Source of the DNA: the human T2T-CHM13v2.0 reference genome, Homo sapiens
Reading direction: 5' to 3' (one strand)
Assembly (NCBI RefSeq): GCF_009914755.1
Contig: NC_060936.1
Length of the DNA stretch: 64,000 nt
Shown here: positions 1 through 16,094 of the stretch, one piece after another
How the letters are laid out: the number at the start of each line of letters is the position of its first letter
Numbering within the stretch: position 1 is the stretch's first letter
The notes under the pieces: model-generated
Told to the model about the DNA's origin: nothing
The model's input: the letters and a program-made list of their open reading frames with translations, nothing else
Databases searched by the model: none
Translations under genes and position numbers: made by a program

Positions 1-182
1 CTTCATGATGGAAATGTTCTATATCTTTGCTGTTCAACGAAGAAGCCACTAGCCATATGGCTACTGAGCACTTGAACTGTGGCTAATCAAGCTATGCAAC
101 TCCAGTTTTAATTTTATTAAATTTCAAGTGAAATTTAAATAGCAACGTATGGCTAGCAGCCACTGTGCAAGACGGTGTGGAT
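1..182 (+). mobile_element. MER3 (hAT-Charlie DNA transposon fossil), cut by window edge
   Basis: gatggaaatgttctatatct...agccactagccatatggctactgagcacttgaa...aaatagcaacgtatggctag resembles the MER3 consensus. Confidence 0.8.
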
Positions 183-199
183 CTAAAGCGCCGTGGCTC

Positions 200-590
200 C
201 CAGCTGCTTCTTGCCCCAAGCCCTCCTCCTCTCTCTGCATTCCAGCCACTCTGGCCCACTTTTTCTCCCTAAAACATGCTGCCTCCTGCCACAGACACTT
301 TGCACGTGTGGTATCCTCTTTCTGGAATGTTCTTCCCTCACCTACTCCCCAGCCTCTTCATCTGGTACATGACTACTTTTCCTTCACTAATTACGATTAT
401 CTCGTGCGCTTATTTGCTCACTTGTTTATGGTTAATCTTTATGCCTCTCCACCATCATCAACCCACCCAACTCTGGAGCCTGAATACACATCACATTTGG
501 GCAAGAACCCTGCCCACCCTGCCCATCTCTGTACTCCCACCACCTAGACAGAACACACTTGGCTCTCAGTGAGCATTTGGCTAATATCTA
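200..590 (+). mobile_element. L2 LINE 3' fragment
   Basis: ccagccactctggcc...ctttgcacgtgtggtatcctctttctggaatgttcttccc is typical of the L2 3' region. Confidence 0.6.
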
Positions 591-971
591 AAAGGTAAGT
601 GACATGTCACAATGTTGTTATCTCTCTCAGAGACTCCCAATTTCTATCTGTAGACCCATTCTTGCTACTGTAATGTTGCCCCACATTTCCAACAGACTGT
701 GAGCATTTCTACTTAAATACCCTTCTGTCTACACATTAAATAATGTTATCTCCAGTCATCAGATTAACATTCAGAAAGCTTGGCTCTACTTATTGTCATA
801 CAACTCCAAACAAAGAAACCTTCAAAGACATCTAAGAGAAAAATCAATTTTAAGGAAACACTGAACACACTATACACGCTGCAAGGTTCTTAGGCCCTTT
901 GCACACCAATATAAAAAGAAAGCAAACAGAAATGTTTCTGCAAAGATACAAGCGAGAAAGTTCAAACTTAC

Positions 972-1142
972 CACAAGTTCAAAAATGTCCATGAAGACAG
1001 AATGTCCCTTCGGTGTTTTCTCATTCAGGCTGGCAGGAGACCAGATCCAATAGAAGTAAGTGCCATCTGAAGACAGGTGCACAGTGCTCATGGTGCTGCC
1101 AATGGGGAGGTGATTGGCTGGCATTGGCACCACCTGGCACAC
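972..1142 (-). CDS. HECTD4: HECTD4 coding exon (exon 7), 171 nt, phase 0 to 0
   Basis: Acceptor cctccctttcatgcccAG|GTG and donor GTG|GTAAGT. Encodes VCQVVPMPANHLPIGSTMSTVHLSSDGTYFYWIWSPASLNEKTPKGHSVFMDIFELV. Confidence 0.94.
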
Positions 1143-2769
1143 CTGGGCATGAAAGGGAGGAAATCTCCATTAGAGCCACATATAAATTCTGATTAATCCT
1201 ATCAGCTCATCATTAATGCCATTATGCCCAAGATGAGAATTCACTAGGCTTTCTGGTCAAAATAAAATGGATATTTATCTCTAATAATAACATACACAAA
1301 TTACATGGCAAAAATATAAAAGTTCATACAATGGGCAATAGAATAAATATGAACAGCCATGCAACAGATGAAAAGGTTCTTGGGATCAATTCAAATTACT
1401 TTTTAATAGGAAAAAGTATTTACTAAACACTTTGAATCTGTTATGCATATGTGTTGTATCTAACACTTATTAAAAACAAAGTTTTAGAGAAGCAACACTT
1501 TCTGAAATTTCTTTAGTAAATGAATTTATGATAATTTTATTTAAAGGACAAGAACTGTGTCTTATTCACCTCTATATCTCCAGTACCTAACGGAAAGCCT
1601 AACTCAAAGTTATTTAATGAATATGAAAAGAAGGAAAAAAGAGACAGCAAAAGAAAGCCAAGAGGAAAAGCTGAGAAGAGGGAGAAGGAGAAACAAAGTA
1701 AAAAATATAAAGGCCCATGACAGATCCTAACTTAGCATATGAGGGCTTACTGAAATTCACCAAGTCCATCAGGAGGAAAAGACAAACACCAATTCTGTAT
1801 ATTAAACATGAAGGCATGTGTTTCTAATACTAAACATCCTTCTGTTTCAGCATAATGAATAAGCTTTGCATCATTTCACATTAAATGTGTAGCTACATAC
1901 TAATTTTTACTGCCAAAGACAGGCACTTAAAATGACTGAACATTAGAACCACAAAAACCTGCTGGCTAGGTTTAAAAAAAAAATCCAGAAATAGAAGAGC
2001 TGAGAAACTCAAAATAAAAATAATTAGAGAAAGTCAGATGCCTTCAGAGAACAGTGAGAACAATGTTCAATTTCCCATTACTTTGGGAGGGGGCACTAGT
2101 TTTCCCAAGGCGATCTCTGACCCCTCAATTGATTTCACATGAACTTTTTTCCAGACCTGTTTTGTCTAGCTCAAAAGTAAAAACTCATTTAGTTGATGTA
2201 ACCATACTTTGAACCTACAGTGCCAGGAAGACTAGAAAGTTGACAGCTACTAATTGGCCTGTGCTATCCCCAAAGTGCTCCATTGCAATGCACATATCTA
2301 GTTTGTGACCTACAGCCCTGCTTTCTTGGACAGTGTCAAAGTTTCTGCAACAACACTGAGGAACCTGGCACTACTTCAAATGTAAATCATGTTTTGAGAT
2401 TTAACATCTGTTTAACTACCAGTCTTATAACTTCTATTTCAAATGAGTATGAGACATTCTCATCTGTCTGCACTTGTGACAAGAAATTAGGTTAATTGGG
2501 CATCTATTTGTTAATTTGTTCATTTTATTCATCCAACAATTATTGAGCACCTACTATGTGCTCTGGAGATGACAGTGGTGAACAAGACTCAGTCCCTGTT
2601 CTCTAGGACAGGCAGTTGAGTGACAAACAAGAAGAAATGTAACATTACACTTAATTTCTAGATGTGACTACTCTTAGAGCACTCACTCCACAGACGCCAA
2701 CTCTAATCATTTAATCCAACTTTGTTTGAAAGGCAGAAAGTTGCAGTGTAAAGAGTTCAAAGTACTGGG

Positions 2770-3030
2770 CAGAGAACCAAAGGTTCAAGTTCTGGTGCCG
2801 CTACTATTGGCTGTATGGCCTTAGGCAAGTTACTTAACCTCTCTGAGCTGTATTCTTACACTCAACAATAAACACTTGCTGAATGCTTACTAGGTGCCTA
2901 GCCTCAGTTTCCTTATCTGTAAGATAAACCTACATAGTAATGCCTCACAGGTAGGAAGAGGAAGTGTATGTTAATTGCCTAGGCCAAGGCCTAGCACATA
3001 GGAGATGCTGAGGAATGGTAGTTACCATCA
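2770..3030 (+). mobile_element. MIR SINE, with adjacent L2 pieces at ~2510-2620 and ~3040-3200
   Basis: MIR core ggcaagttacttaacctctctgagc...ctcagtttccttatctgtaa. Confidence 0.65.
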
Positions 3031-3660
3031 TTGTTATTATTATCAGTCAAATGTCTGGCAGTGTGTTATGTTCTAAGGATACACAGATGAGTAGGACAGG
3101 GTCCATACCTAAAGGTGTGCATGGTCAGTGAAGTCAGACAGAAAAGCAGGTAACTGCAGTATAATACAGCAAGTGCCATGGCAGAGTGCTTACGAGAGCA
3201 CTAAAGCCAAGCTCTCAATCCCTAGCACACAATGATTTTACTCTACACTCATTTCAAAGCTCCCTTTCCCACAGAGAGGCTGTTTAGAACAAATTGAATA
3301 AGGAAATGATGCCTTCCCAAAATAGATCTGGTTCAAAAAAAGCAAAAAAAAAAACAAAAACAAAACAAAAAAAAAAAACCAGCTAGTATTTATACCATCT
3401 TTGACTGTCTAGAATTTTTTCTTAATTATAAAAAAAAGTTTGTTGTAGGCTGCAGAAACTTAGAGAACACATTCACTCAGTTCATATGGGAAAAGTCTAA
3501 GACATTAAATAAAAAACAGAATGCCCAAACTATAACAATTAAAAGGATGCCACTCTGGGAGGAAAATATATCAACTGTATTATTATTACTTCTGATGATA
3601 TAGGAACTTTCTTTATTGCCTCTAAAATATGTTTTAAAAATGCCTTGGTTTTCTGTTTAC

Positions 3661-3799
3661 CTGAAGGGTGTTCTGGTCAATGACCTGGAAAAGGGAGTGA
3701 GGTTTATTATCGAAAGAGACAGGCCGGTGGAGAAGACTGCCGCTGCCAAAAGCCACCCATCCTGGTTCCAACTCCTCGTTCCGGCAGTACACAAAACCT
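3661..3799 (-). CDS. HECTD4: HECTD4 coding exon (exon 6), 139 nt, phase 2 to 0
   Basis: Acceptor catttcattccacAG|A and donor CAG|GTAAAC. Encodes (R)GFVYCRNEELEPGWVAFGSGSLLHRPVSFDNKPHSLFQVIDQNTLQ. Confidence 0.93.
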
Positions 3800-4468
3800 C
3801 TGTGGAATGAAATGGAGCACAGGCTGAATCACCTGGCTATGTCAGAAACCCCACACAAGCTACAACAGACACAAACAACATTTTCGACCTAATTTTAAAA
3901 AATGAGTAAGTATGTAAAACATCTGAAGGAAAGTGAATGTATTACATTAACTTCAGGACTGCCAAACTATAGCAAATATTGACTTTCCACAATAACTTAG
4001 AGGGGAGAAAAATTTGGGGGAAAAGATCTAAATGTATACAAGGCTTTCAAACTGTAGTTTCTTTTGGCAGCAGTTTATAGATCTTATATCCCAACTGAAA
4101 ATCACTTGCTAATCCAATGTCAAACCCAAGTTCAAAGAGACTTAAGTAGAAAAATGTCCACTTATTAACATGGAGAAGTCACTGATATTGTTACAAAAAT
4201 ACTGATCATGGAGGACTTTCTGGCTGGAAACAATGATCTTGGGGCTACCAAACTCTTCTGGGCCAAAACAAGGCTAAAATGCATTAACAGAACAAGATGG
4301 GGAAAGGTGGCAATAAGAGAAGATTGGAATTATTTGAATTAGTTCAGACTTGTTATTTAGTTACTAGTCTATGGGGAGCTGGAATCTACCCACAGTGTCT
4401 TCTTCAGAGATTTATGTAAGGAGGATAATGTTCTAGCCCAATCATTCAGGAAGTTCCATGCAACTGAC

Positions 4469-4577
4469 CTGAGAGTACCATGTAATCCAGATCCCAATTT
4501 GCTTACTCCTCTTCCAACTGAGTTAGTAGTATACAGGTAAAGACCATCTGCCGTGAGACAGCGTCCCAAGTCAGCAT
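4469..4577 (-). CDS. HECTD4: HECTD4 coding exon (exon 5), 109 nt, phase 1 to 2
   Basis: Acceptor gatttcAG|AT and donor CAG|GTCAGT. Encodes (D)ADLGRCLTADGLYLYTTNSVGRGVSKLGSGLHGTL(R). Confidence 0.92.
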
Positions 4578-4880
4578 CTGAAATCGTTTTTTCACAGGTA
4601 AATTATATATATGTTTTTTCTATTGAAATTATAAACATGCTTTTTCTAATGAAAAAGCCATTAGGAGGTTGAGTGAAAGATTACTTCTCACTTCTAAAAT
4701 AAGAGCTTCAATGTGACTTTCAGGGAAGATGGCTTGAGCCCCCAAATCAAACATCCAAAATGCATGTGGACCAGAGACCAAGATATGGTCAGACAGTTAC
4801 CAGCAGGGGAATGTGGTTTAGCCCGCCAAATGTTTTTCTTTCTTTTTTTTTGAAAAGCTTGTACTTAGTCAAGTCATTCC

Positions 4881-4929
4881 TAATTCTAATTTGAAATGAC
4901 TAATCATAATTCTAATTTGAAATGACTAA
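4881..4929. repeat. 23-bp direct repeat with a 26-bp period
   Basis: taattctaatttgaaatgactaa at 4881-4903 and 4907-4929. Confidence 0.95.
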
Positions 4930-5874
4930 GAATACAGTACAACACTTTTATTAGTAATTGCATAGTAAGAGAGGCATGAGCTCTTATGAGCTCAGTAAGT
5001 GACCCTGAACCTCTTTGAACGTCAGTTTCTTCATCTGTAAGATGAGGATAATAATATGTACCTCAAGGGTTACAGTGATGGCCAGATGAGATAATAGAGG
5101 TAAATACATCTATACTGCTCTCTGATGCAAAGCTAGTATTCCATAAATGGCAAATGAAATTGTGTTAATATACTAATGATATACATTAAACTAAAATCTG
5201 CCTCTGTAGATTTTCCATTCAGAGATCCTAATTTTAGTCTCTGGAGGGACAAAGCACAAAAGTTTCATATCTTTTCTATTTTAAAACAGCAATATGTTTC
5301 CCCTTAGCTCTGTCTTCCTCAATCTAAAACAGTATCTCTCTATATGATGGTAATTGGTTTAGTAACTCAAATTCCAAAGAATTTGCCTTAAAATAGAGCT
5401 TATGGATAAAACTTTCATTGTTTATTTTCATAATCATTCTGCTCACTATGTTTAAGTGGAGTCTTTCCACCTGAAGCATGCCATATTAGCTGGAGGAAAT
5501 GCAATGTCACACCGTCAAATTAGTACTAAAAATGCTGTTAGCTTAAAAATTCAGTCTACTAATCTGAGACAACTGGGACCTGTACCTATTGGTTCCTCAA
5601 TGAAAAAATTTGTTAAAGTGGGTAACCATTTTTAAAACATTAATTTCACACCTTAAACATTTTAATTTAAAACTTATAGATTACATTTATTCATCAATTT
5701 TTAGATTAAGGCCCAAGGCCTTCTGGGTATGGCTCTGTCGAGGGGCAGAAGTGAAAAGGACAAACAAAACAAGATTGGCCAGGAATGGATACTTGTTGAA
5801 GCTGAGTGATGAGTACACAGGGCTTATTATAGTATTCTCTCAACATCAGTCAAATGTGGAATGTTTCAATATTA

Positions 5875-6575
<701 letters not shown>

Positions 6576-7924
6576 AAGAAAACCATTTCTCCCTAGATGC
6601 AAAACCAAAGGTTCAGGAAAATGAAAGCAAACAGATCAGCTTAATGCCATCCTCCTCAGTGAGAAACTACCCCAAGGGAGATACCAAATGGAGTTTTTTA
6701 AAAGGAGAGAATCAAGAAAGAAGTTTTAGTTCTATATTAAGAAGTAAGTTGGAGCCGATAATGTCTGAGAACTTCTTGGGTACTGCAGGCATTCTCCCTC
6801 TCCTGTTGACTCTAGTTGAATTAGTGAAGGAAATAAATCACATTTAAAAGCCTTGCCGCTTCTTCTCCACACACTCTCATGCCTGTTTAGAAGAAATGGT
6901 AGACCATGGAAAGGTACAAGCCCTGGGCTGAGAGATGCGAGGGGGCCTGCCGCTTAGATTCTCCTCCGTGCTGGTGGGGTTGCCCAGGAAGGCTGCCCCA
7001 TGGAAAGTGGGAAATGAAAGGGAGGGAGGAACAGACTCTCTGTCCCACACCTGATGAACACCAGTTTCTTAGAGACTCACTTCGTGGAGTTTTTCTAAAA
7101 CATTCAACTTCTTAATGGCAACTATTTCCTGGGTTTTTTTAAAATTCCTATTTCATCAGTTATGTAAGATTTAATGATAAAATCACAATAATAAGTACCA
7201 GTTACAATTAACAAACTGGTTTGGGAGCAAGCCTACCTCTTGGCAAGCCTGCAATTCCGCTGGTGGGAGCAGAGCTGACCAGCCCTGTGGGTTCAGTGGG
7301 CCACGGCAGGGCAGCAGCCTAGACATTTTACTGAGTGAATGGAGAGGTCTATCCCATCTGCCAAGTCAGTTAAGAGAGCTTCTGCCATTTTTGTTGAGAT
7401 AATGTAAGAAACTGACATGTAATACTGTAAAGCTCTGTAAAAACATTTTAACCTAGCTTATTTGTTTAAAGTAGATGTTAACAATTCATGCTCCCTTGAA
7501 CCTCTTCATTTTTTGCTTTTAGGACAGGAGGGCTCATTAACACACACACAATAAATTACTAAAGGAAATATTATCAAGCAGTAAGACCTGATATTCTATT
7601 AGCAGACAAAAAAATTCAACTTAAGGCTATCATACCCAAACTCAAATATCCAGCAGCCAATTTAAGTAATTCATGGCTCCTTGGCAAGAGTGTATGGATG
7701 ATATCTTTTCCTTGTGATAATAAAACCTATCCATTTTCTTACCTCACCAGTATCAGCTTTTATACGTTTACTGATAAAGCAGACAATGAACATACTGAAT
7801 AGAAATCTGGAGCTCTTAATTAAAAGGAACATACAGAGTTATAGCCATATCATTTGCTACAGTGATCTAAAACCTCTTTATTTACATCTTACTATTAATC
7901 ACAGGACAAAAACTTTTACATTAC

Positions 7925-8055
7925 CTTTATTTTCAGAACTGGAGCCAGTGTTGCTATCCGGCGCAGGCAACATGTCTTCATAACCCCATGATACTATGTG
8001 TTTGCCCCCAAGCAAACAGGAGGGAGATCCAGGCCCCCCTTCCAAAAGCAACAGC
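7925..8055 (-). CDS. HECTD4: HECTD4 coding exon (exon 4), 131 nt, phase 2 to 1
   Basis: Acceptor ttctttctcccccatatAG|G and donor AAAG|GTAATG. Encodes (R)LLLLEGGPGSPSCLLGGKHIVSWGYEDMLPAPDSNTGSSSENK(D). Confidence 0.93.
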
Positions 8056-8224
8056 CTATATGGGGGAGAAAGAAAATCACAAAGACACTGAGACAATCCA
8101 TTTCAGCAAGAAGTATACCTGCTACCCCAAAGAGTAGAAACCAAAATTTTAAAACTAAGATGTATAATATTTTATACAAATATTATTCAAAAAAGACATT
8201 TATAGTATTTTTATTTTTTATTTA

Positions 8225-8695
<471 letters not shown>

Positions 8696-9364
8696 TACAA
8701 TATTTTTAAATTAAAAAATTACGAAGCTATGTTTATAAAAATTATATCTGTGTGTAAAATATACTATTTTATGTGTATTTTTGTGTGTGACAGAGAGACA
8801 GAGTGGGTTATGAATTAGGAAGCATATGTACCAAAATGTTAGGAGTAGTTATCTTTGGGTAATGAGATTATGAATGATTTTCACTTTCTTCATTATACCT
8901 TAATATATTATCATCTCAAAATTTGCATCAGAATTCATTATAAGCTATTGCATCTTTATTTTTTGAAACAGAGTCTCGCCCTGTCACCTAGGCTGGAGTG
9001 CAGTGGTGTGATCTCGACTTACTGTAACCTCTGCTTCCTAGCCTCAAGCAATCCTCCTGCTTCAGCCTCCCTAGTAGCTGGGACCACAGGCACGCACCAC
9101 CACACTCATGAGTTATTATGCCCCACCAGCTATTGCATTTTTAAAGACATAGAACTAAAAAATAATGAAAAATAACATGCTCTAAAAACTTTCCAAAAAG
9201 GAAAGATAAAAAATAAAATTCTTAAGAAGGTAAATATGAGTCTATACTTATTTTAAAATGAATCACTAATTGATAAGAGTTTAGCAATCTACTTAATAAA
9301 GGAAGCATTTGGCACAAATCTGCCTAGTTTGGAAGGAGGGTAAGGATACAAAGTGACAACTTAC

Positions 9365-9454
9365 CTATATAGCACATCAGCTACAGGCAGGGACCCTAGA
9401 TCCGTCTGTTTCTGTAATAGATGGACTGTGTGGACGAAAGTTTTCAATGATCCC
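9365..9454 (-). CDS. HECTD4: HECTD4 coding exon (exon 3), 90 nt, phase 2 to 2
   Basis: Acceptor ccttttatttttAG|GGGATCA and donor TATAG|GTAAGT. Encodes (R)GSLKTFVHTVHLLQKQTDLGSLPVADVLY(R) in frame with both neighbours. Confidence 0.93.
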
Positions 9455-10959
9455 CTAAAAATAAAAGGAAGGAACAGTAAATCATCAAAATTTAAAATCA
9501 AATAATTTAGGTCATTAATGCTAATTTAATTAACCACATGGAAAAGTTCCAAAATGTGTCTCTCTGCTTCTGCTGGTCAGATGATGTGTTGTAAAAAAAA
9601 TACTTGATTATTAACTATCACCATTGGCTCATACACAAAGATACAATGAAAACAACACCATGCCAATTATGAAGAAGTTCTCCTTGCATTTGGAAAAGTA
9701 AACAATTTTCCCCTGGCATAAAAGTTCAAAACATAAGGCTCGAGCACAAAGAACTTGTGGCTATTATGCTTGGTTACTATATCACCAAGTCACCCTCTGG
9801 AGGATCATAAAGTCTAACAGTATTTCCAGGCTTGATTTTAAAATCTTTGCTAAGTTCATTCATTTGGAAAAACAGCTAACTAAACTCCATCACATTAAAT
9901 ATGACCAAAAAGAATATATTCAAATAAATAATGCTCTGTGCTGAGAGATGCTCCTTCTGTATCCCTCTGACTGCACATAGTTGTAATACTTGCAACAGGG
10001 CTCACCGCTACCTGAATTCCTTGTGGTTTCCAAGACTCAAGGCTCTGGGAAGTCTGTCATATGGTCAGCAAGATCTAAAAGAAGGTGCTTTTAAGATGCA
10101 CAAGACTTACCTGGCCGCATCCCAAGTACAAATCACCACAAGAACACTTCCTGAACTAAATGATCGCCTGTATCTGACGGGCTGACTTCGACTTGCTGCC
10201 TTAGTCTCTTAGCCAAGGCTTTAATTGCTGGGTATCATATGCCTAAACGCCAATAGAAATGGAATACCTAACGCAGAACCAAGTAGGCCTAGAGTCTTCC
10301 TGTTAATTGCCCCTTTCACTATCTCTAGTTTCAGAGAATAAAAACAAAAGAATAGCATTAATAGAAGGCAAGGAGGCAGCAGATAGAGTATAAAAACAAG
10401 TTGGAATCGGGACACATGGGTTCTGAAACCTGGCTCTGCCACTCATCAGCTGCACAATCTCAGTCCTGTCACCTAACTCCTATGGATTTTTGCTTCTTCA
10501 TCTGCCCAACAGGGACACTTTCCTGGGGAACAGTGAGGTTTAAAATAAAGAAGCAAAACCTTTAACATTTAGAAAGTTTAGAACTATTAACCAACTCTAA
10601 GGAATTATTACCTGCCAGATTCAATCAGATTTGTTTTTTTAAAAGAGACAGGGTCTGGCTGGGTGCAGTGGCTCACACCTGTAATCCCAGCACTTTGGGA
10701 GGCTGAGGCAGGAGGATTGCTTGAACACAGGAGTTCAAGGTTGCAGTGAGCTATGATCACACCACTGCACTCCAGCCTAGGCAACGGAATGAGACCATGT
10801 CTTAAAAAAAAAAAAAAAAAAAAAAAGAGAGACAGGGTCTCATTATGTTGCCTAGACTGGTCTCGAACTCCTGGCCTCAAGAGATGCTCCTGCTTTAGCC
10901 TCCCAAAGTGCTGAAATTATAGATGTGAGCCACCATATCCAGCCTTCAATCAGATTTTA

Positions 10960-11470
10960 AGAGTAAAATGTAAAGTCCTTCCATGGCTCACAAACCCCTA
11001 TGTGATCTGGGCCCTGCCAACTTCATCTCCTGCCCCTCTCCTTCTACTATCACGTTCCAGAAACCCTGCCCACTGTGCTGTCCCCTCAGATACCCCAAGC
11101 ACAAGAATAATGTCAGTTTTGTCACTCGCCACTCCATTTACGTGGAACTCTCTGCCACTGGCTGCTTCTCATCATCCAGGGCCCAGTTCAAGTGTCATCT
11201 CTTCAGTAAGGCCTTCCCTGGCATCTCCAGCTAATGCTGCTCTCCACCTCCACAGTCATTCTCTATCAAAATATCTCTCTGTCTTTTCCTATAGTGAATA
11301 TTCCTCTCTACAATGATCTGTTACCTATATTTGTTGCTCACTGTCTGCCTCCCTCACTCCTATGTAAGCTCTGCAATTTTAGGCACGGTCTACCTGCTCT
11401 CCACTGTATCCCTACCACCAAGAGAATGCCTTCCGTGCAGTAAGTGAGCAATAAGGTTTTGCAGAATGAC
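10960..11470 (+). mobile_element. L2 LINE 3' region
   Basis: atggctcacaaacccctatgtgatctgggccctgcc...ttcaagtgtcatctcttcagtaaggccttccctg...tgtaagctctgca. Confidence 0.75.
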
Positions 11471-12603
11471 TTACCCTGAGTCCATTCAACCGTAAGCTCT
11501 GTGAGGTAAGAAACCTAGAATCACTATATCCCTAAGACCGGGCAAGATTCCTGTACATCAGAAATGTTCAATAAATGTTAGTTGGTTGAATGAATAATCT
11601 TCATAATAATTTTGGGGAAGGGTTACTTTGTCTTTGAGAGCATCAACCCAAAAATTCAATAATATGCCACTAATAACTTTAGTAAGATGATCTAACACTG
11701 AAAAGCACATGACTTCTGAAGTCCAGAACATGATATTGGCAATAAAATGTAGGAACCATGTTAAAAAAAAAAAAACCCAAGAAGAATAAATAAATAAATA
11801 CATCCATTTCAACATTTCTGCTGAATGAAATTTAGAATGTCCAGCACAGGAAGTAAGTTCAATAACTATTTTTGGTATAGGCTGAATTTGGGTACACAAT
11901 AAAAATGTGAGTTTTATGAACCAACAATTAATAACTTAAACTGTTTGAAACTAAAGAGTTGATAATTATTCCTAACATCCTAAATCTGTCTAAAGATAGT
12001 ACTGTCTAAAAGCACATTTTCTCAAATGGAATTTGCACAGTGATAACAGATCTTGGACTTGAAATTGTCTCTGCATATGCAGAAAATAAATCAATCCAAT
12101 ATAAAGCCTTTACAAGGAAACTTGTTTCAGTACCACACAATGACTCTAGAATTAAGCACATGTCAGGATTCACAAACCACAGTTTTAGGGGATCTAAAAC
12201 TAGGCTATGACAGCTTGCTCAGAGCAAAGAAACTTACAATAAACACTGGTGCCATTTTGCCTTAAAAAAACCCTTGAGATTCAATCATTTGAAGGTCAAC
12301 TTTGAAACTATACAGAGAAAAACAGGGCAAGAAGACTTATAACTAAGAACTTCATAATTATCCAAGAAGAATTCTCCCACAGATGTTTGGCTAAAAGAAA
12401 GAAGATCCCAACCAAGGAAAAAATTCTACGGAAGACAGACAGAATACTGACACTAATCTGTCAGGCTGTGGTCCTAACTGTTCTCTAGGCAATTAGTCTA
12501 CTGGAAAACAAAGGTAGTGAAACTTCTTTCTCACAAACAGATGCCAGTGATCATACGGGTCAATGGGTAGAAGAATGTATAAAATTCCTAGAAAAGCAAC
12601 TCC

Positions 12604-13581
<978 letters not shown>

Positions 13582-14132
13582 ATGTGTACTACTATTAAAT
13601 CTAGATATATACTGAGAAATCTTCCAATTAAATTGATCAAAACAAGTATTAGGTCCAAAAATATAATTTGTGACCAATTTTGTGACTGAGTCCAGGTGAA
13701 TAATAGCCCACTAGCTTGCTGATGTACTTCTTATAGACAGGTATGAAAAATTAATAGCTCTATAAAGTTTTGACCATCCTCCTAGGAGAAGTAGACATAA
13801 CATCCTCTGCTAACTACTTGATGTAAAACACTAACCATCTAAGGGACAATTAGATATGTCAAGGGTTGATTCTCCATTTTCTGCTGGTTAAGATGTTATC
13901 ATGGTATACCAGAAACAGAAAACATGAACTTTGGTTCCAACTCAGGCACCTGGTGCCAAGTTTGGTGAAAGCATCTCATGCACTGTCAAGGCTGTGAAAT
14001 TCAATACTGAAAGCAAAGAAGGACTTCTGAATGTTAAGACTTCTATCAAATATACTTGGCCTCTTCTTCATTCACCCAACCCAGGTGGCAGTAGTCACAA
14101 GGTCACCAAATGATACATTCGATTTTCCTTAC

Positions 14133-14650
14133 CTGGCACAAGCCAAAGCCACCAGGGCAGCAGCAGCATTTTCTTTTTGCTTATGTGGGATGTGTCGGCC
14201 TGTGTCAGAAGTCTCCTCTAGCCAAGAGCACAGCAAAGTTTCAATTCCATTGAGACAGTCAGCAGGCTCCTTGGTCAAGCTCAAAGGCTGGCAGTCACGA
14301 AGGCAGTTCAATAGCACCTCAGCAGTTATGTTACAGAGAGAGGGGTCTGTTCTACTCTGGGACTGAATAAGGGGGAAGACCAGCAGGAGCCCCATCCTCG
14401 ATGTGAAGGGCGCTTGCTCAGGTTGCTGCAACAAGCCCTGGCGTTTGAGCAGGGCCAAAGTTTCCTCATCACCTGAACTTTCCCTTTCATGCTGTTCTTC
14501 TAAGGCCAGCTGGCGCTGGGCATTCCACAGTCCTCGCAAGGCATTCAGGCGGTATTCCAGCAGCCGGGCATAGGCATTGCTCTGATTCCCACAAACAGAG
14601 CGCAAACGTTCTGCTAATTCCGACGGGTTCTTGGTCTCAAAGGTTAAAAT
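14133..14650 (-). CDS. HECTD4: HECTD4 coding exon (probably exon 2), 518 nt, phase 0 to 2
   Basis: Acceptor tctttttccttAG|ATT and donor GCCAG|GTAAGG. Open frame ILTFETKNPSELAERLRSVCGNQSNAYARLL...AAAALVALACAR, recognised as the HECTD4 N-terminal region. Confidence 0.95.
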
Positions 14651-14960
14651 CTAAGGAAAAAGACGATGGAGAAGTGGGTAAATATTACTTTCACCAAAGT
14701 CATCTAAGGAAGAAAATATGTTTAATGATATCCCAAAATAGTCAACGCCAAAAATTATTTTAATTACAATCAAATGGAAAACGTATACTGTAAAGCCAGC
14801 TCTTTGCTGATGGAATTGTTCCCCTTTTGGCTTTTCTGTTAATGCTTCCATGAAAATTGGGATTAGACCTAATTGAAAGAGCCCAAATCATAAAAGAATA
14901 TAGTTAAGTGTGAAAGTCAGAAATTAACTCCATAATTTATTTTAGAAAATTGAAGTATAA

Positions 14961-16094
<1,134 letters not shown>

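Noticed and set aside
149-572. 132-aa and 98-aa plus-strand ORFs
   Set aside because: They lie in MER3/L2 remnants, antisense to HECTD4, with no recognisable homology.
11680-11720. Possible C/D snoRNA boxes (gatgatct...ctga)
   Set aside because: No canonical RUGAUGA or terminal stem, too short, and on the strand opposite the host gene.
13931-14366. Plus-strand ORFs overlapping exon 2 (similarly 3616-3810 and 7714-8297)
   Set aside because: Antisense shadows of the coding exons.
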